Source: Malacoraja senta (Eukaryota). Taken from it: a stretch of 64,000 bases of DNA. A program made the position numbers and the translations under genes. The notes beneath the pieces are model-generated. The model searched no databases. It saw nothing but the letters and a program-made list of their open reading frames with translations, and had not been told where the DNA came from. Each line of letters starts with the position of its first letter. Within the stretch, counting starts at the first letter, position 1. Positions 1 through 12,084 of this stretch are shown here, piece after piece. The stretch spans positions 14,694,001 to 14,758,000 of the forward strand of contig CM075987.1 in assembly GCA_038087875.1 (NCBI GenBank), read 5' to 3'.

Positions 1-974
1 ATAAAGTACAATGTATATGGCATAACTTTCATTGGGACATTTTACTCCCTAATCCACAATGTTATAATATAGTGTGCACTGGGACTGGACCCATAGCACA
101 GTGTGTATGACACAGGAACAGAATACTCCATGATATAATGTTATCATCTAGTTGCACACTGAGGCATTGCACAGCAGGATTTTACACTAGGTGTGTAATG
201 TTGAAACATTAACATTACTTACAGTTCTGTAAAACGTTAATTATTTTATTGAATATCCCATTCTTTTGGGCATGAAATTTTAACATACATGGGTGCAGTT
301 TTTTGATTCTGATTGCATCTTGATTCATATTGTGCAGTTATTTTATGCAAAATTGAAATCGACCTGCATCATTATTTTCACGCTGTCTTAGAGAGTGAGA
401 GATTCAATGATATTGCTGCATGAGTGATACAGGAAGAATTATTGCTAAATTATTGCCAAAATATATAGCTTTGTGCACAAAGGATTGTCTATGAATTAGA
501 CCTCTCTTTAACTTGTTTGTACTTAACTGATTGGTTGAATTTCAGATCAGTGTGATATTGACTGTGAGGAATTTAGGCAGCCATTTAGAGTAGCAGTTTT
601 GAGAGAGTGGTTAGCACCTCTGGTTCACAAGATTGAGGCCTCACAGTTCATTCTCTGAGCACATAATCTAGGATGAAGTCTCTGCATAGAATCTAAATGT
701 TGCTGTTTATTGAGGGTGCTACTATTTGAATAAGGAATCAGACCTTGCAGGAACATGTCCTTCACTAAATTTATCCCTCAAAAGGAATGGGGGGTTTGTT
801 AGCACCGTGTTATATGCTGGAGCCCATAGTTCTATAAGAGACTGTAATTTCTCCTAAATCACATATATAAATAGCAAATATGTTTCATGAGCTGTGAGGG
901 GTTTCTGAATAGTCTGAAGATATAAAAGATTTCATCTGGAAGTCAGAGGATAATAGATGCCCAGTCAATTCTAG

Positions 975-1350
975 TCAGAGAGCCATATAGCATGGAAACA
1001 ACTTGTCCATACCCCATCTGAGCTAGTCCCATTTCCTGCTTTTAGCTCAGATCCCTTTAAACCTTTCCTATCCATATATTTGCCCAAATGTTTTTTTAAA
1101 TATTGTCATTATACCTGCTTCAACTAGTTCCTCTGGTGGCTTGTTCCATATATCCACAACATCCAAAATAGTTGCCCCTCAGGTTCCTATTAAATCTTTC
1201 CTGCACACTCCGATGAATAAATTCCTACCCTGCTCATCCCCTTCCTATAGTTAAGGCCCTCGGGTCTTCGTAAATCTTCGTAAATCTTCTCTGCAATCTT
1301 TCTAGCCTAATGGCATCTTTCCTATAACTGGGTGACCAAAACTGAGCCCG
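975..1350 (-). mobile_element. CR1/HER1-like LINE 3' fragment
   Basis: QFWSPSYRKDAIRLERLQRRFTK motif and HER1-like tail. Confidence 0.75.
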
Positions 1351-3017
1351 TTTTATATGAATGTTTTTAATCATAGCAGGGAGGTGTACAGCAGCATTTC
1401 CCTTCCCATGACCTTTTCCTTTGTGTATACAGATGTTTGACAGATTCACACAGGGGACACTGTCAGGGTTAATGAGAACTAGCTGGAGAAGCCCTAACCC
1501 TTAAGCGAGGTCCAACAAAAAAAACGTTCAATTTACTTCAGTTTTCCATTTTTAACCTCAAAGCTCATGATTAGAAGCAAACATAACATCATTCTTAAAC
1601 TACATCATTTCCTTAAAGCAAGGGTTCCACAGACAGATTGTTATTTTAAGATGTCACTGAGTCATGGGATTGGCCATTGAGCAGCACCAGACATCTCATT
1701 ACCAACACCACATGCTCTCTCAGAATGTGACCAGAAATACCTGAGAGCCTTTGAATTCTCATCATCTCCCCAAAGGCTAGGCTAAACTCTGGGAATCTTT
1801 CAGTGTTCGCTTCTCCCCCACAACCATAAGATGATCCACACAAGCTAATAATTGGATTCCCTGACTTTTACTGCAACATCAGAACTTAAAATGTGCTGAG
1901 GATATTACAGTTGCATGTTTTTCTCACGAAAGAAAACACTCAATTGAAATGTCACATAAAGAAAATGAAAAAATAATGGGGAGAATGGGTGCGTTGCAAG
2001 GGGGGGGGGGGGTAGGTGGTTTAGTGGTGTTTCTGTCATTTATTTATGCACTTCCTGGGCTCGAGGTTTCAAGGGGAATGAATTTCAGCCAAAGGTCCTC
2101 ATTCTGATAAATATCCCATGACTTCCAGCTGAAATGTTTCCAGTTAAGAACAGACACAATATGAGAAAAAAATACATAACTAAATTGCTTTCTGCAGTTG
2201 AATAACCAACAGGGATCCACGGAATAGTGATCCCAGAGGATGTCGGCAGATTTTAAACAAAGTATTACCATCAGTTAGGGCCTGGTGCGAAGTGAAATCC
2301 TCCTCACAATGGTAAAGTCCTGAATTAATAGCATGGTGGCCCCAGCACATCACACAGGCAGCTTCATGAGAAAAGGCTGCACAACATCAAAAGGCTATAA
2401 ATAGCCCATGGGTTGAGTTTTCACCGTTTCTGAAAGTAGAATTATGGAAAAAATATGCGTCGTTTACCTCACCCCTCTTGCCCTCAGAGTTTCGTGCTTC
2501 TCTGGGTGATTGTTTCTGTTCTCTGCTGTCACGTTGTGAAAATGTGATGTCGGATTTGGATATTAATTGACATTTCTATTTCTTTACTGATCGATGCAGA
2601 GATGTGGGGTGGGGGATGGGCATCGAGATGATTCTTATCAGTGCTGGGAGGGATAAGCCAGACGGGTCTGGGGAAGCTATTCAGCGAAGCATGTGTGCAT
2701 GATGTTAGAAGGGCTGGGAGTGAGTTCTAACGAAGGGTCTTTAGCCAGAAATGTCAATTCTGTTTCTTTCCATCAAGGCTGCCAGACCTGCTGAGTTTAT
2801 CCAGTGTTTTCTGTTTTAATTTGTGTTGGAAGGGCTAATCTGCTTGAAATGGTCTTGTTAGTCTTGTAATGGTCTTGTTATTCTCTAATACCTTGCAGCT
2901 TTTTATTTCATTAAAACTCAGTCTTATGATTTAATTGAAGATTATCACTTTGGGTAATAGTGTGAAAGGAATGGTATTAGATCATCTACCACTTGTACCT
3001 CTGTTCTAAACCTTCTG

Positions 3018-3314
3018 AAAACAGGCCCTTTGGTCCACCAAGTTCACACTGACCATGGATCACTTGTTCACACTGCTTCTATGTTATCCCACTTTCTCAT
3101 TCCATTCCTTATACACGAGGAGCATTTTTACAGAAGCTAATTAACCTACAAGCACACACTTCTTCGATAGTGGGAGGAAACTGCAGTACCTGGAGGAAAT
3201 CCATGCGGTTACACAGAGAACGTGCAAACTCCACACAGAGAGTACCCATGGTCAGGATTGAACCTGGGTCTCTAACGTGGGATGCACCATCACTGCCACC
3301 TGCACCACTGTGCC
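3018..3314 (-). mobile_element. V-SINE/HE1-like tRNA-derived SINE
   Basis: tRNA-like head (rc of gtcaggattgaacctgggtctc), V-domain (gtgcaaactccacacag) and CR1-like tail (aaacaggccctt). Confidence 0.8.
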
Positions 3315-3489
3315 GAGCTTCAAAAGCCTTTTTCCTTAATCAGCCAGAGGCTATGCTGGTGCACTGATTTTCATCATCAGTGACTGTTTTTGCTAGGAAT
3401 TGGTTCTGGAGACATGGGAAGTGATCCACATTTTTCATAATTTAAAGAACACTCCAGCTTTAACAAAGTGAATGACCAAATAGTATTGC

Positions 3490-3800
3490 TGTGGTGTTCT
3501 TGACCATTATCTATATTCCCCTGAAGTGTCCATGCACCCTCCTCACAATCTACGCTGTCACTCAACTTTGTAATAACAACATTACCAAGTTTAACATTGT
3601 ACATATTTCCCATATCCAGATCATTGATATAGATTGTGAAAAGCTGGGCTCCCAAGTCCAAACCATGTGGCAACCCACTAGACACAGACTCTAGAGCCTA
3701 AAATGACCTATTTATTTCCTCACTCTTTTTGTTCATTATCCAAGGCTCAGTCCATGCCTTTCATCCCCCCAACTCCATGTACTCCATTTTTTAATAATCT
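3490..3800 (-). mobile_element. CR1-like RT fragment
   Basis: SGLPHGLDLGAQLFTIYINDLD (SGVPQGSVLGP-LF-IYINDL motif). Confidence 0.7.
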
Positions 3801-3879
3801 CTTCGCTATCAACTAAATATTAGAGTAATGTAGTTGGTTGGATTCATAATATGGTGAAGAAACAAAGGGTTTGAATCTC

Positions 3880-4170
3880 TATAGCATTTGTTCCAGTTAT
3901 GGGTTGTTCTAAGATATGTTACAACCGATGAAGTACTTCTGAGGGATAGTGACTGCTGTCATACAAGTAACGTAACAACAAATGTCTGTAATGTGATAAT
4001 AAGCAGCTGATCTGATTTTCTGAGATGTTGGTTTAGTAAATATTACTCAGGACTTCTGGCAAAAACTCACCTGCTCTTTAAATAATGTGTATGTGATCAT
4101 TTGTGTCCATATGAAGGTCAATGAGGTACTTGCTTAATGTCTCATTTGAAAGCCCAGCACTCCCTCAGAA
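3880..4170 (-). mobile_element. Ancient Deu-domain SINE, degenerate
   Basis: Reverse complement resembles the Deu domain: atgaagtactt..gtgact..aatgtgataat..gatgttggtt..ctgctctt..ttaatgtctcatttgaaag..cagcactccctcag. Confidence 0.6.
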
Positions 4171-4337
4171 CAATTCATGGGCTGCATGGTAATGTGGTGA
4201 GAGGGATAGATATTGACCACAATATTTGTACATTTGTATAGTCTGATGAAGGAAGAGGGTTGATGGGCTAAATAGCGATCTCTTGTTCTACATGTAATAA
4301 TATCTTAACCAAGTTCTTTTTGTTCCCTTTGTTTCAG

Positions 4338-4998
4338 AGTTCTTTAAGTTTAAGGGTTTCAGCAGTTTAACAAACATCCGACGATCTTTCAGCAGTTCTT
4401 CTGACGTTAAGAAGAAAGAGTTGGGAGACCACCATCTAGATTTCCAGATTCGTAGGGAGACAGTGCAGGGAACTTTGGATGATTTGGAAACCGTGCCCCG
4501 CAGCCCCAGCTATGTCCGATCAAGTGAAATGTACACCTACGTTGGCACAATGCCACGTCGGAACTCTAACAGGGCTGAGAAGCCAAACAAAAAGCCATGC
4601 GCAGCTGAAGGACAGACCAAAGGAAGGAGTAGACTTGGCCCTCTGCCACCCGTGCCAAATAGTGACCAAAATGAAACATCGGATAAGGAGCAATCGCTGG
4701 CTGAGGTGGCAAGGCCAGACAAGGTCGGTATTGCCCAGGAATGTCAGAGCACCAACCATGTAAAGCCAGCGTTCTTTGACTCTGAAGCACCGACGTCAAA
4801 CTCAGCCCAGTCATCTCCTCATCGAAATAAGGATGATCAGAAGAGACACGTTGAACCCCAACTTAAAGATAGCCAGAGCAAATCAAATGAACTTGCAAAT
4901 GGAGAAGTTCAGGTGTTTCCTGCCAACGATGGAGCTGAACAATGTAATCATACAGGATCAGAAATCACAGCTGACAAGAGAGAGCTGACAGATGACAG
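4338..4998 (+). CDS. SH2D3C: SH2D3C coding exon, long (Chat-H-type) isoform N-terminal region; internal exon, phase 1 in / phase 2 out
   Basis: Acceptor ttcccttt-gtttcag|AG at 4337 and donor CAG|gtatgg at 4998. The frame reads (K)FFKFKGFSSLTNIRRSF...LETVPRSPSYVRSSEMYTYVGTMPRR...ELTDD. This matches my recollection of the mammalian SH2D3C N-terminus (FKFFKFKGFGSLSNLPRSF...VPKSPPAYARSSDMYSHMGTMPR). The short ATG exon is not found and is presumably upstream of the window. Confidence 0.92.
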
Positions 4999-5389
4999 GT
5001 ATGGTCTTTCGTGAACTCAGGTCATAGTCTGGGATATGAAAACACTTATATTGTACTTCAAAACTTTGAAATGTTTTTGGAAAAACTCTACAGTTGATAA
5101 ATGTTTGTTTTATTTTATGTTTCACAATCAATTTTAATAGAGGTTAAATTGAATCAACCTGGAATGGCAACCGATGAAAGGGGAAACTGTATAAAACTGT
5201 ATAATTACAAATAAATGTTGCATTTGATTAGCAAATTATTTCTTCCCTAATTTAGTTCTTTAATAAAAATCTTGTTTCAATTATTCAAGTTGGATATAAT
5301 TTAAAAAATAAGCCCTAGAAAGAATGATAGCCATTCAGTCTAACTAATCAGTGCTATATGAATTCTGACAATCGCTTGATTACAAAAAG

Positions 5390-6870
5390 ATTGAAGATTC
5401 TGGATTATAGAACAAAACAACAGAACACTGAAAGAACTTGGCAGATCAAGTGGCATTTGTGGAAGTGAAAAATGCAAGTTAACATTCTTGGTTAATACCC
5501 TACACTTGGGCCTGAGAGGGTAGAAGAAAGATTGCCAGTTTGTGGCAGTATAATAGTGAAGGACTGAGATGGGTTAGAAGCTGGTTGGTGATAAGGGGGG
5601 CCAGATAGCGAGGGAATAATTTTCAGATGAAAACCAGGTGGAGAGGGAATGGGCATGGTGAACAAAGGGAGTACAAAAAACTAGGTTGACAGCTGTGTAT
5701 GTGGAGGGGAATACTAGGGGAATGGGTTAGCCAAAATGGAAAAATTCAGTGTTCATGACTTTTGTTTGTAAGCTGCATAAGTGGAATTGAGATGTTGTTC
5801 TTTCAATTAGCGTTTGGCCTTTCCTTAGCAATGGAGAAGTCCAAGGAGAGATTGGTCAAAGTGGGAAGCAGAGTTGAAATGACATGCAATCGGAACTTGA
5901 GATGGCTTTTGCAGTCATAATGCAGGAGCTTCCCAAAATGGTTGCCTAATTTATGCTTGGTTTCATCTGTACCTCTTCAGACCAGTATACATGATGTGGC
6001 TTCCTTTACATTGGTGAAACCAAATATATGCTAGGCAGTCATTTTGCAAACCACGTGCTCTCTGCCTGTAATAGTTATCCTGAGCTTCATGCTGTATGTC
6101 ACTTTAGCTTTCCCTTCCATCTCGACATTGTCCTTTGTCCTTTGTCCTTTGTCCTTTGTCCTTTCACCTCGACATTGGTGTGTCTGTCCTCAGCCCTCTC
6201 TATTGCTACAGAGAAACCAAATGCAAATTGGAAGAACTGTATCTCCTATTCCATTTGGGTAGTTTACGTTAAATTTGTCAATCTCAGGTAACCCCTCACC
6301 CCTTGTGTTCTCTCCCACACACATTTGTCTATCCACCGAGTTTTCTTCTTTCTTTGTCCATCATTCCCATTCTCCCACCTACTTGGTTTCACCTACCCAT
6401 CTTCCCTCCTCATCTAGTTTCACCTATCACCGACCAGTCTCTGCACTACCCTCCCACTCCTTCCACTGGCTTTATCTGTCCATCATCCATACCCCATCTT
6501 GTTCTATCCTATGCCTACCAACCTCTATCCCACCCCTCTCCCTTGTTGAAGGGAGAACCTGTGGAACAATCCAGGATGGCTTTTGTAGAAAAAAAAGGAA
6601 TTCACGTTGGACTCATTCAGGTTAACAGGGCCCTTCTAAGACCATCATCATATTCAAAGAGGCCACTAATTCCAACATTTAACCAGACTCAAAAAATCAA
6701 TGGCTCTCTGATAGAGGGTTTTGACTTGAAACGTCAACTGTTCAACCCCCCCCCCCCCCCCCCACCGCCGCACCTCTTATACTGTAGATGCCGATTGACC
6801 CGCTGAGTTCTTTCAGTCGATTCTTTGTTGCGCGTGATTCCAGCATCTGCAGTCTCCTGTGTCTCCAATA
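5390..6870. mobile_element. Degenerate Penelope-like retroelement, two arms in inverted orientation, with a GIY-YIG endonuclease remnant
   Basis: The + arm reads CGFLYIGETKYMLGSHFANH from about 5995 and ...KCKLEELYLLFHLGSL near 6220-6265 (frameshifted). The - arm at about 5730-5900 carries the same C-terminal region. Both arms end in the terminal sequence (..ccagcatctgcagt..) shared with the short hairpin elements. Confidence 0.75.
6128..6164 (+). repeat. (TTTGTCC)n heptamer, ~5 copies
   Basis: Direct inspection. Confidence 0.9.
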
Positions 6871-7194
6871 GCTGCGTGTGTTGTGGAAACTCCTTTATAG
6901 TTTAATTAAGCAATGCTGCTCCTGGAGGTTACAGGATGTGTCTGCAACTTGAGCCTTCTTCTCACCTTGCCTGTATTATTAACACGGAGCAGTGTGATAG
7001 TAAGGTGCAGACCAAATTCTTAGCAAAGTTCATATACACTTGGCTTGACCCATATTGATCAATTCTTGACAATACCATATCATATTTGTCATAATAATCG
7101 TCCTGGCAATTCAGCTGCAGACGATGTTTATATAAAAATAGTTTGGCTGGTTAAAATGGCTCTTGGCTACAAAACACAGACCAGCAAGTTACAA

Positions 7195-7377
7195 TGTTTA
7201 AGAAGGAACTGCAGATGCTGGAAAGCCGAAGGTAGACAAAAATGCTGGAGAAACTCAGCGGGTGAGGCAGCATCTATCAGTCTGAAGAAGGGTTTTGACC
7301 CAAAACTTTGCCTATTTCCTTTGATCCATAGATGCTGCCTCACCTGCCTCACCATGCCTTCTCCAGCATTTTTGTCT
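7195..7377. mobile_element. Fold-back Penelope-derived short element with 15-bp TSD
   Basis: Inverted arms (ggtagacaaaaatgctggagaa..gcagcatctat / atagatgctgc..ttctccagcatttttgtctacc). Perfect direct repeat ACCAGCAAGTTACAA at 7180-7194 and 7378-7392. Confidence 0.85.
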
Positions 7378-7642
7378 ACCAGCAAGTTACAAGTTCAGTT
7401 TCCTCTTCGGCATTAACTACCTCAACCAAAAGGAAAGCTCCAATTGAATTTGATGTTCTTTGGTTAGCAGGGGAAAATCGGAGGGAGTTTCTACTTCTGA
7501 GCCCCAAATAAAATGCTCTGAGGCGAAGTACATCGACAGTGATCATTGAACATTGGGATCATGCCGTGATATCTCCTCACCGTACCCACCCATGCCACAC
7601 AGTCTGTAGACTGCTGGGAATCGAAGCAGGTATTAGACCAAA

Positions 7643-7772
7643 TGTGTAGGAAGGAATTGCAGATGCTGGTTTAAACCAAAGATAGACACAAAAAGCTGGA
7701 GTAACTCAGCGGGACAGGCAATATCTCTGGAGAGAAGGAATGGGTGACGTTTCGGAGACCCTTCTTCAGACC
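7643..7772 (-). mobile_element. Single-arm Penelope-derived short element
   Basis: gtgtaggaaggaattgcagatgctgg...gacgtttcggagacccttcttcagac; same family as 12085-12344. Confidence 0.8.
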
Positions 7773-9063
7773 AGGTCACTTAGGCCCTCAAACCGTCATT
7801 GCAACAGGTCATAGGTCATCTGTTTGTTGACTTCATCCACTCCCTTTGTTTTCTTAACATTTAATAACCCCTGCCCAATAAAAAGATATTGGCCTCAGTT
7901 TTGACATTTTCATTTGACCCTAAACTCATTTTGGAGAGAGCCCCTGATTGTCGCCACCAACGAGGTCTTGGTGAGGTACCTGGAACCACCCAGGAACCTG
8001 AAACTGCACCCCAGTGAACAATTCAAGTCTTTTAGAATTTGGGAGGGAGAGAAGACCAGAAACTGACAGGGGCAATGATGGAATGTGCATTTGTTGCATA
8101 GGTCATTGCAAACCATAACCCTTTTAGAGATGTGGAATTGCTCATCCTTCCTTTAATAAAATGAAACTGCTGATTATGGGGAACTCAATTGTATGAATAA
8201 AATTGTTCTGGGGTCATTTTCCACTGCTGTGCTGTTGATGGAGAAACCCTGGTCCCTGAAAGGACCATTGCATAAGGACACCTCCGTGACTCTATATGAG
8301 ACTAGCTTAGAAGGGGCATCTTGGTCAGCATGGATGAGTTGGGCTGAAGGACCTGATTTTGTGCTGTAATATTATAACCTGATTACAAGTTGAATAAAAG
8401 AACAAAGAGATCAGACAAGCCCAAAGCTATAATGGTCAACATATGATGGCCTAGACCAACCATGGTCCAGTCACTTTGGTGTCAGTTGACTACTTCCAGA
8501 TCAATTCAGGTCTGTCAAGAGTTACTCTGGTCTTTTCGGATCTATGTGGGTGAACCCATACTAATCTTTCTACACACATATACTCCGTGTAGGATATCTC
8601 GATAATTCTGGAATTCTCATCATCTACCCATTATTGATCAACACAGATGTACCACAGACAGATCTCCTTCCATGCTTTCTCCTCTTGGATTCAGGACCAA
8701 TTCTATGAGAATCAGTAACCGTTCAGAAACTCATCCAAACGGCCTTGCATCAGTTGGCCAGGAATATTAATGGAAAAGTGGGTTATGAGTTCTCAATAAA
8801 GATTTGGCAGGCTCAGCTTACATTATGGAATGGGTGACAATGTTCCCAAGGCCCAATAACCTGCTCTCTTTATATTTTTCCAATCCTGGTCCCTTACCAT
8901 TTGTGGTGTTGCATTCATTTACCTGGCGCCCACACTCTGAAATTCCTGCCCCACATTCCTTCTGCTTCTCTCCTTTAAAATGTAGTTCTTTAACCAAACC
9001 CCTCCTCGAGTCATTACTGGGTTGGTCCAGTTTTTGTCTAAGTATCTGTTAAGCATTCTCTAA

Positions 9064-9329
9064 AGGACCTGTCCCACTTGGGCGTCATTTGCGAGTCACG
9101 CAGATGGCGCGCAAAGACTTTGTACATCCCAAAATCCTGGGGCGCCGCGCGCGACCGCGCGTCACTGCCTACGCCACCACACACCAATCACGCAAAATGC
9201 GCACCATGCGCGTGTAATGCGCACCATGCACGCATCACGTGCGCATCACAACGCGCGCGTCGTGCATCGTGACGTGTAAATGATGTTGCATAAATGACGA
9301 GCAAATGACACCCAAGTGGGACAGGGCCT
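9064..9329. mobile_element. MITE, PIF/Harbinger-like, with 29-bp TIRs and TAA TSD
   Basis: TIR AGGACCTGTCCCACTTGGGCGTCATTTGC (9064-9092) matches the reverse complement of 9301-9329 at 27/29 positions. TAA on both flanks (9061-9063, 9330-9332). Interior is CpG-rich and non-coding. Confidence 0.85.
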
Positions 9330-12084
9330 TAAGTATCTGTTAAGTGTCCGTTAAGTATCTTAGAATTTAAAAAAAAATCTAGATTGAAGAAACTGCACTA
9401 ATGTAACCTGCAGGTGTTTGACTTTGCAGCAAGAATTGCAGCTAAATCTTGACAGGCTACTTGACTGGGGAAGGTGTCATGGTCAAGATAGCACCTGCAG
9501 CAAAATGGCCAGTCTGCATGTAGTTGTCAGAAATCAATATAAAGTAGAAGTGAACCAACAAGAAAAAGCTATTGACATTGAACTAAACTTGTGGGGGAGT
9601 ATATCCAACAGCCATTCAACTCAAGGCTGCTTCCTTTTTTCCCATTTGGAGATACTTTTCTTAACTAGAAACTGAAATTTTAAATTGATTTTGCTCTCAG
9701 TTAAGTTATACTGAATAAATGAATTCAACTCATTAAAGTTACTTAAGTTGTACTGAAAAATGTTGGTCATTGGCCAACTAAAGTGATTAGTAAATCTTGC
9801 AGATATTAAACAAGAAGCAAAACACAAATAGTCTTGAACTAGAATAAGGGAGCTTATAGTTTAATTCTCCAGTACAAGTAGAACATAGAGTAAAAGTGGA
9901 TAATGCGTGAGAAAGTGGCTGGAGATGATGGGATTTTTTTCAACAAGACAGAATGTTCATTCATATGTGGGGAGACGAGGTTTTACTACAATCCTATAAT
10001 CCCATTCACAAGGTCAAACTTCTGAATGTTATACCTCATCAATAATTTTATCAAATACTTTAAAGAAAATTCAGCGGCCAGGCAAGAAATGGGATTAAAT
10101 CCCTGCCCCCTCACTTGGCTGGATTGGTACATTCCGTAAGTAGTTCTTTCCTCTCTCTCTACCCGCTTGTGAGAGGTCTGTTGAGATTGGATTAGTCTCT
10201 CTGTGAGACTGTCAGTCAAGCCTTTACAGTGGGAGCTGAGTACCTTAATTGTTGCTCAGCGGAGCAAGACAAGAGCCACTCACTCCTGTTTGGAGGCATA
10301 ATAGGTTAGTGAGGACAGATGACAGAACTAGCCGGCGGAGGATGGACCATGGGTCTGAGGTAGGTTGGATATGCTTTTGTCTATTTTTTCCCCTCTCCCC
10401 TATGTTCTTCTTGGCTTTGTGAAGTTAACCTAATCCAGCTGTTGCTTTGAATAAAATTGCATTTTCAGTCTGGGTGGAATTGTTTAACTGGCTTTCAGCT
10501 TAAGTTTTCTTCACTTCCCTCTTTGTTTCTGAAACAAATTTTGTTCTCACTGGAAGGATTTGGTGCGTCTGTAGCTATTCCATCACTGTTGCAGATTGAG
10601 CATGCCGCTGTTTTTAAGTATAACAACTGGCAAAGTTTGTTTAACTAGTCATGAGTTGAAAGTTCCTTGTGTCTGCTGCTGTGACAAAGCTTCTGGATGC
10701 CCAATTAAATAATAGGCAGGTTGGATGAAGTCTGTCAAAAAAGTGAGAGTCAGTAATCTGTTAAAAGAGGCCCAGAGCAATAATTAGAGGTGGACTGAGA
10801 ATGTCAAAGATAGCTACAATTGTGACACATTGGGTCAGTGCATAAAATGCACAACAGTATTAAAGAGACAGGCACGCAAGTGCTGATAGTAAGACATCTA
10901 CATGGAAATGATCAGGGAATGCAGAAAGACACTTAGGAGAGCGGAAGTGAATGCAAGTCAGGAAAACAAGCCAGGTAAGGATAAAAAGAACAATTGAAAA
11001 GATAAGGAGGACGTAGAACACAGAGCATAGAACAGTACAGCAAAAGAACAGGCCTTTCGGCCCACAATGTCTGTGCCAAACATGATACCAAGACTAACTC
11101 TTATCTGCCAAGGAGATCAAATGAAAGGCACGGAGAGGAAGAGGGAACTAACTGGTGGCTGAATTTCCCCTTAAGATGCTGTTTGCATTTGTTAACTGCT
11201 GTCTCAGATCCCTGATCTCCGCATCAATTTTAGTAAGTTCTCTGTATTAGGCCAACAATGTTCTGTTAACAGAATACATGAATGCACCTCAGCTTTGTCA
11301 TGTGGCCTTCCTTAGACTGAATCAGAAGCTGTGCCATACAGCACTGAGCTTGGTTGATGTGATCTGATCCTGGTTTCTCCTCAGTCAGCTGATTTTAACT
11401 GTAACAGAATTAGCCTCATTATTCTGGACTCATTGCGGATCTGATTCCTCAAAGTTTCTGACATCTGGAGATTCCTGCTGGATGAGGATGGGAGGTGCCC
11501 AGCTGAGATCCCTCCATGTGTCAGTATTAGCTGGACCGATGACAAGGATGACCACCAAAGGCATCAGAATTGTATCCAAGCAAATAGCCAGTACTTACAG
11601 AATAAAGTGGTGGGATTGGGATAGAGAGGGTGGGTTTGGGCCGAAGTTCTAGGGTTTACAATTTCAGAAATGTCTTCAAATGATGCAGGAGAGAATGTTT
11701 TTTATCAAAGGTGAATAAGGAATATTATGCTAAAGCTTGATTTTAACTGCAGTGTCTTCATTGGCATGAAACAAAACCATTGGATTTGTGCAATGCCTTC
11801 AATGGAATAAAAATATTGCAGAGCATTTCACAAGAAAGTCATCTGATAGAATTTGTCATTGGCCTCACAGAAAAATTGGGGAAAATGCTTAATTAAAGAT
11901 TAAGGTTTTGAGGGATTATTTCAAAGAAACTGAGAAGTAGGAAGGATAGGGGTGGCGCATAGGTCTATTCTGACCTTGAGCGGTGTCTGTGTGGTGTTTG
12001 CATGTTCTTCCTGTGACCGCCGCTCTTTACCCCGGGTGATCTGGTTTCCTCCTACATCCTAAAGACGGATGCTTGATAAGTTAA

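Noticed and set aside
1-4337. ATG-bearing first exon of the long SH2D3C isoform
   Set aside because: No short Lys-rich ATG exon with a phase-1 donor was found; it probably lies upstream of the window.
4421-5014. 197-aa ORF with TTG start as a standalone gene
   Set aside because: It is part of an internal exon starting at 4338 and ending at the 4998 donor.
8420-8800. Possible DIRS-like remnant (WPR-QPW motif across a frameshift)
   Set aside because: A single short motif that needs a frameshift; insufficient evidence.
10900-10980. ATG..CAG|gtaagg near an ETS motif as an alternative first exon
   Set aside because: The available ATGs give phase 0 or 1, incompatible with the next (phase-2) exon, and there is no peptide similarity.
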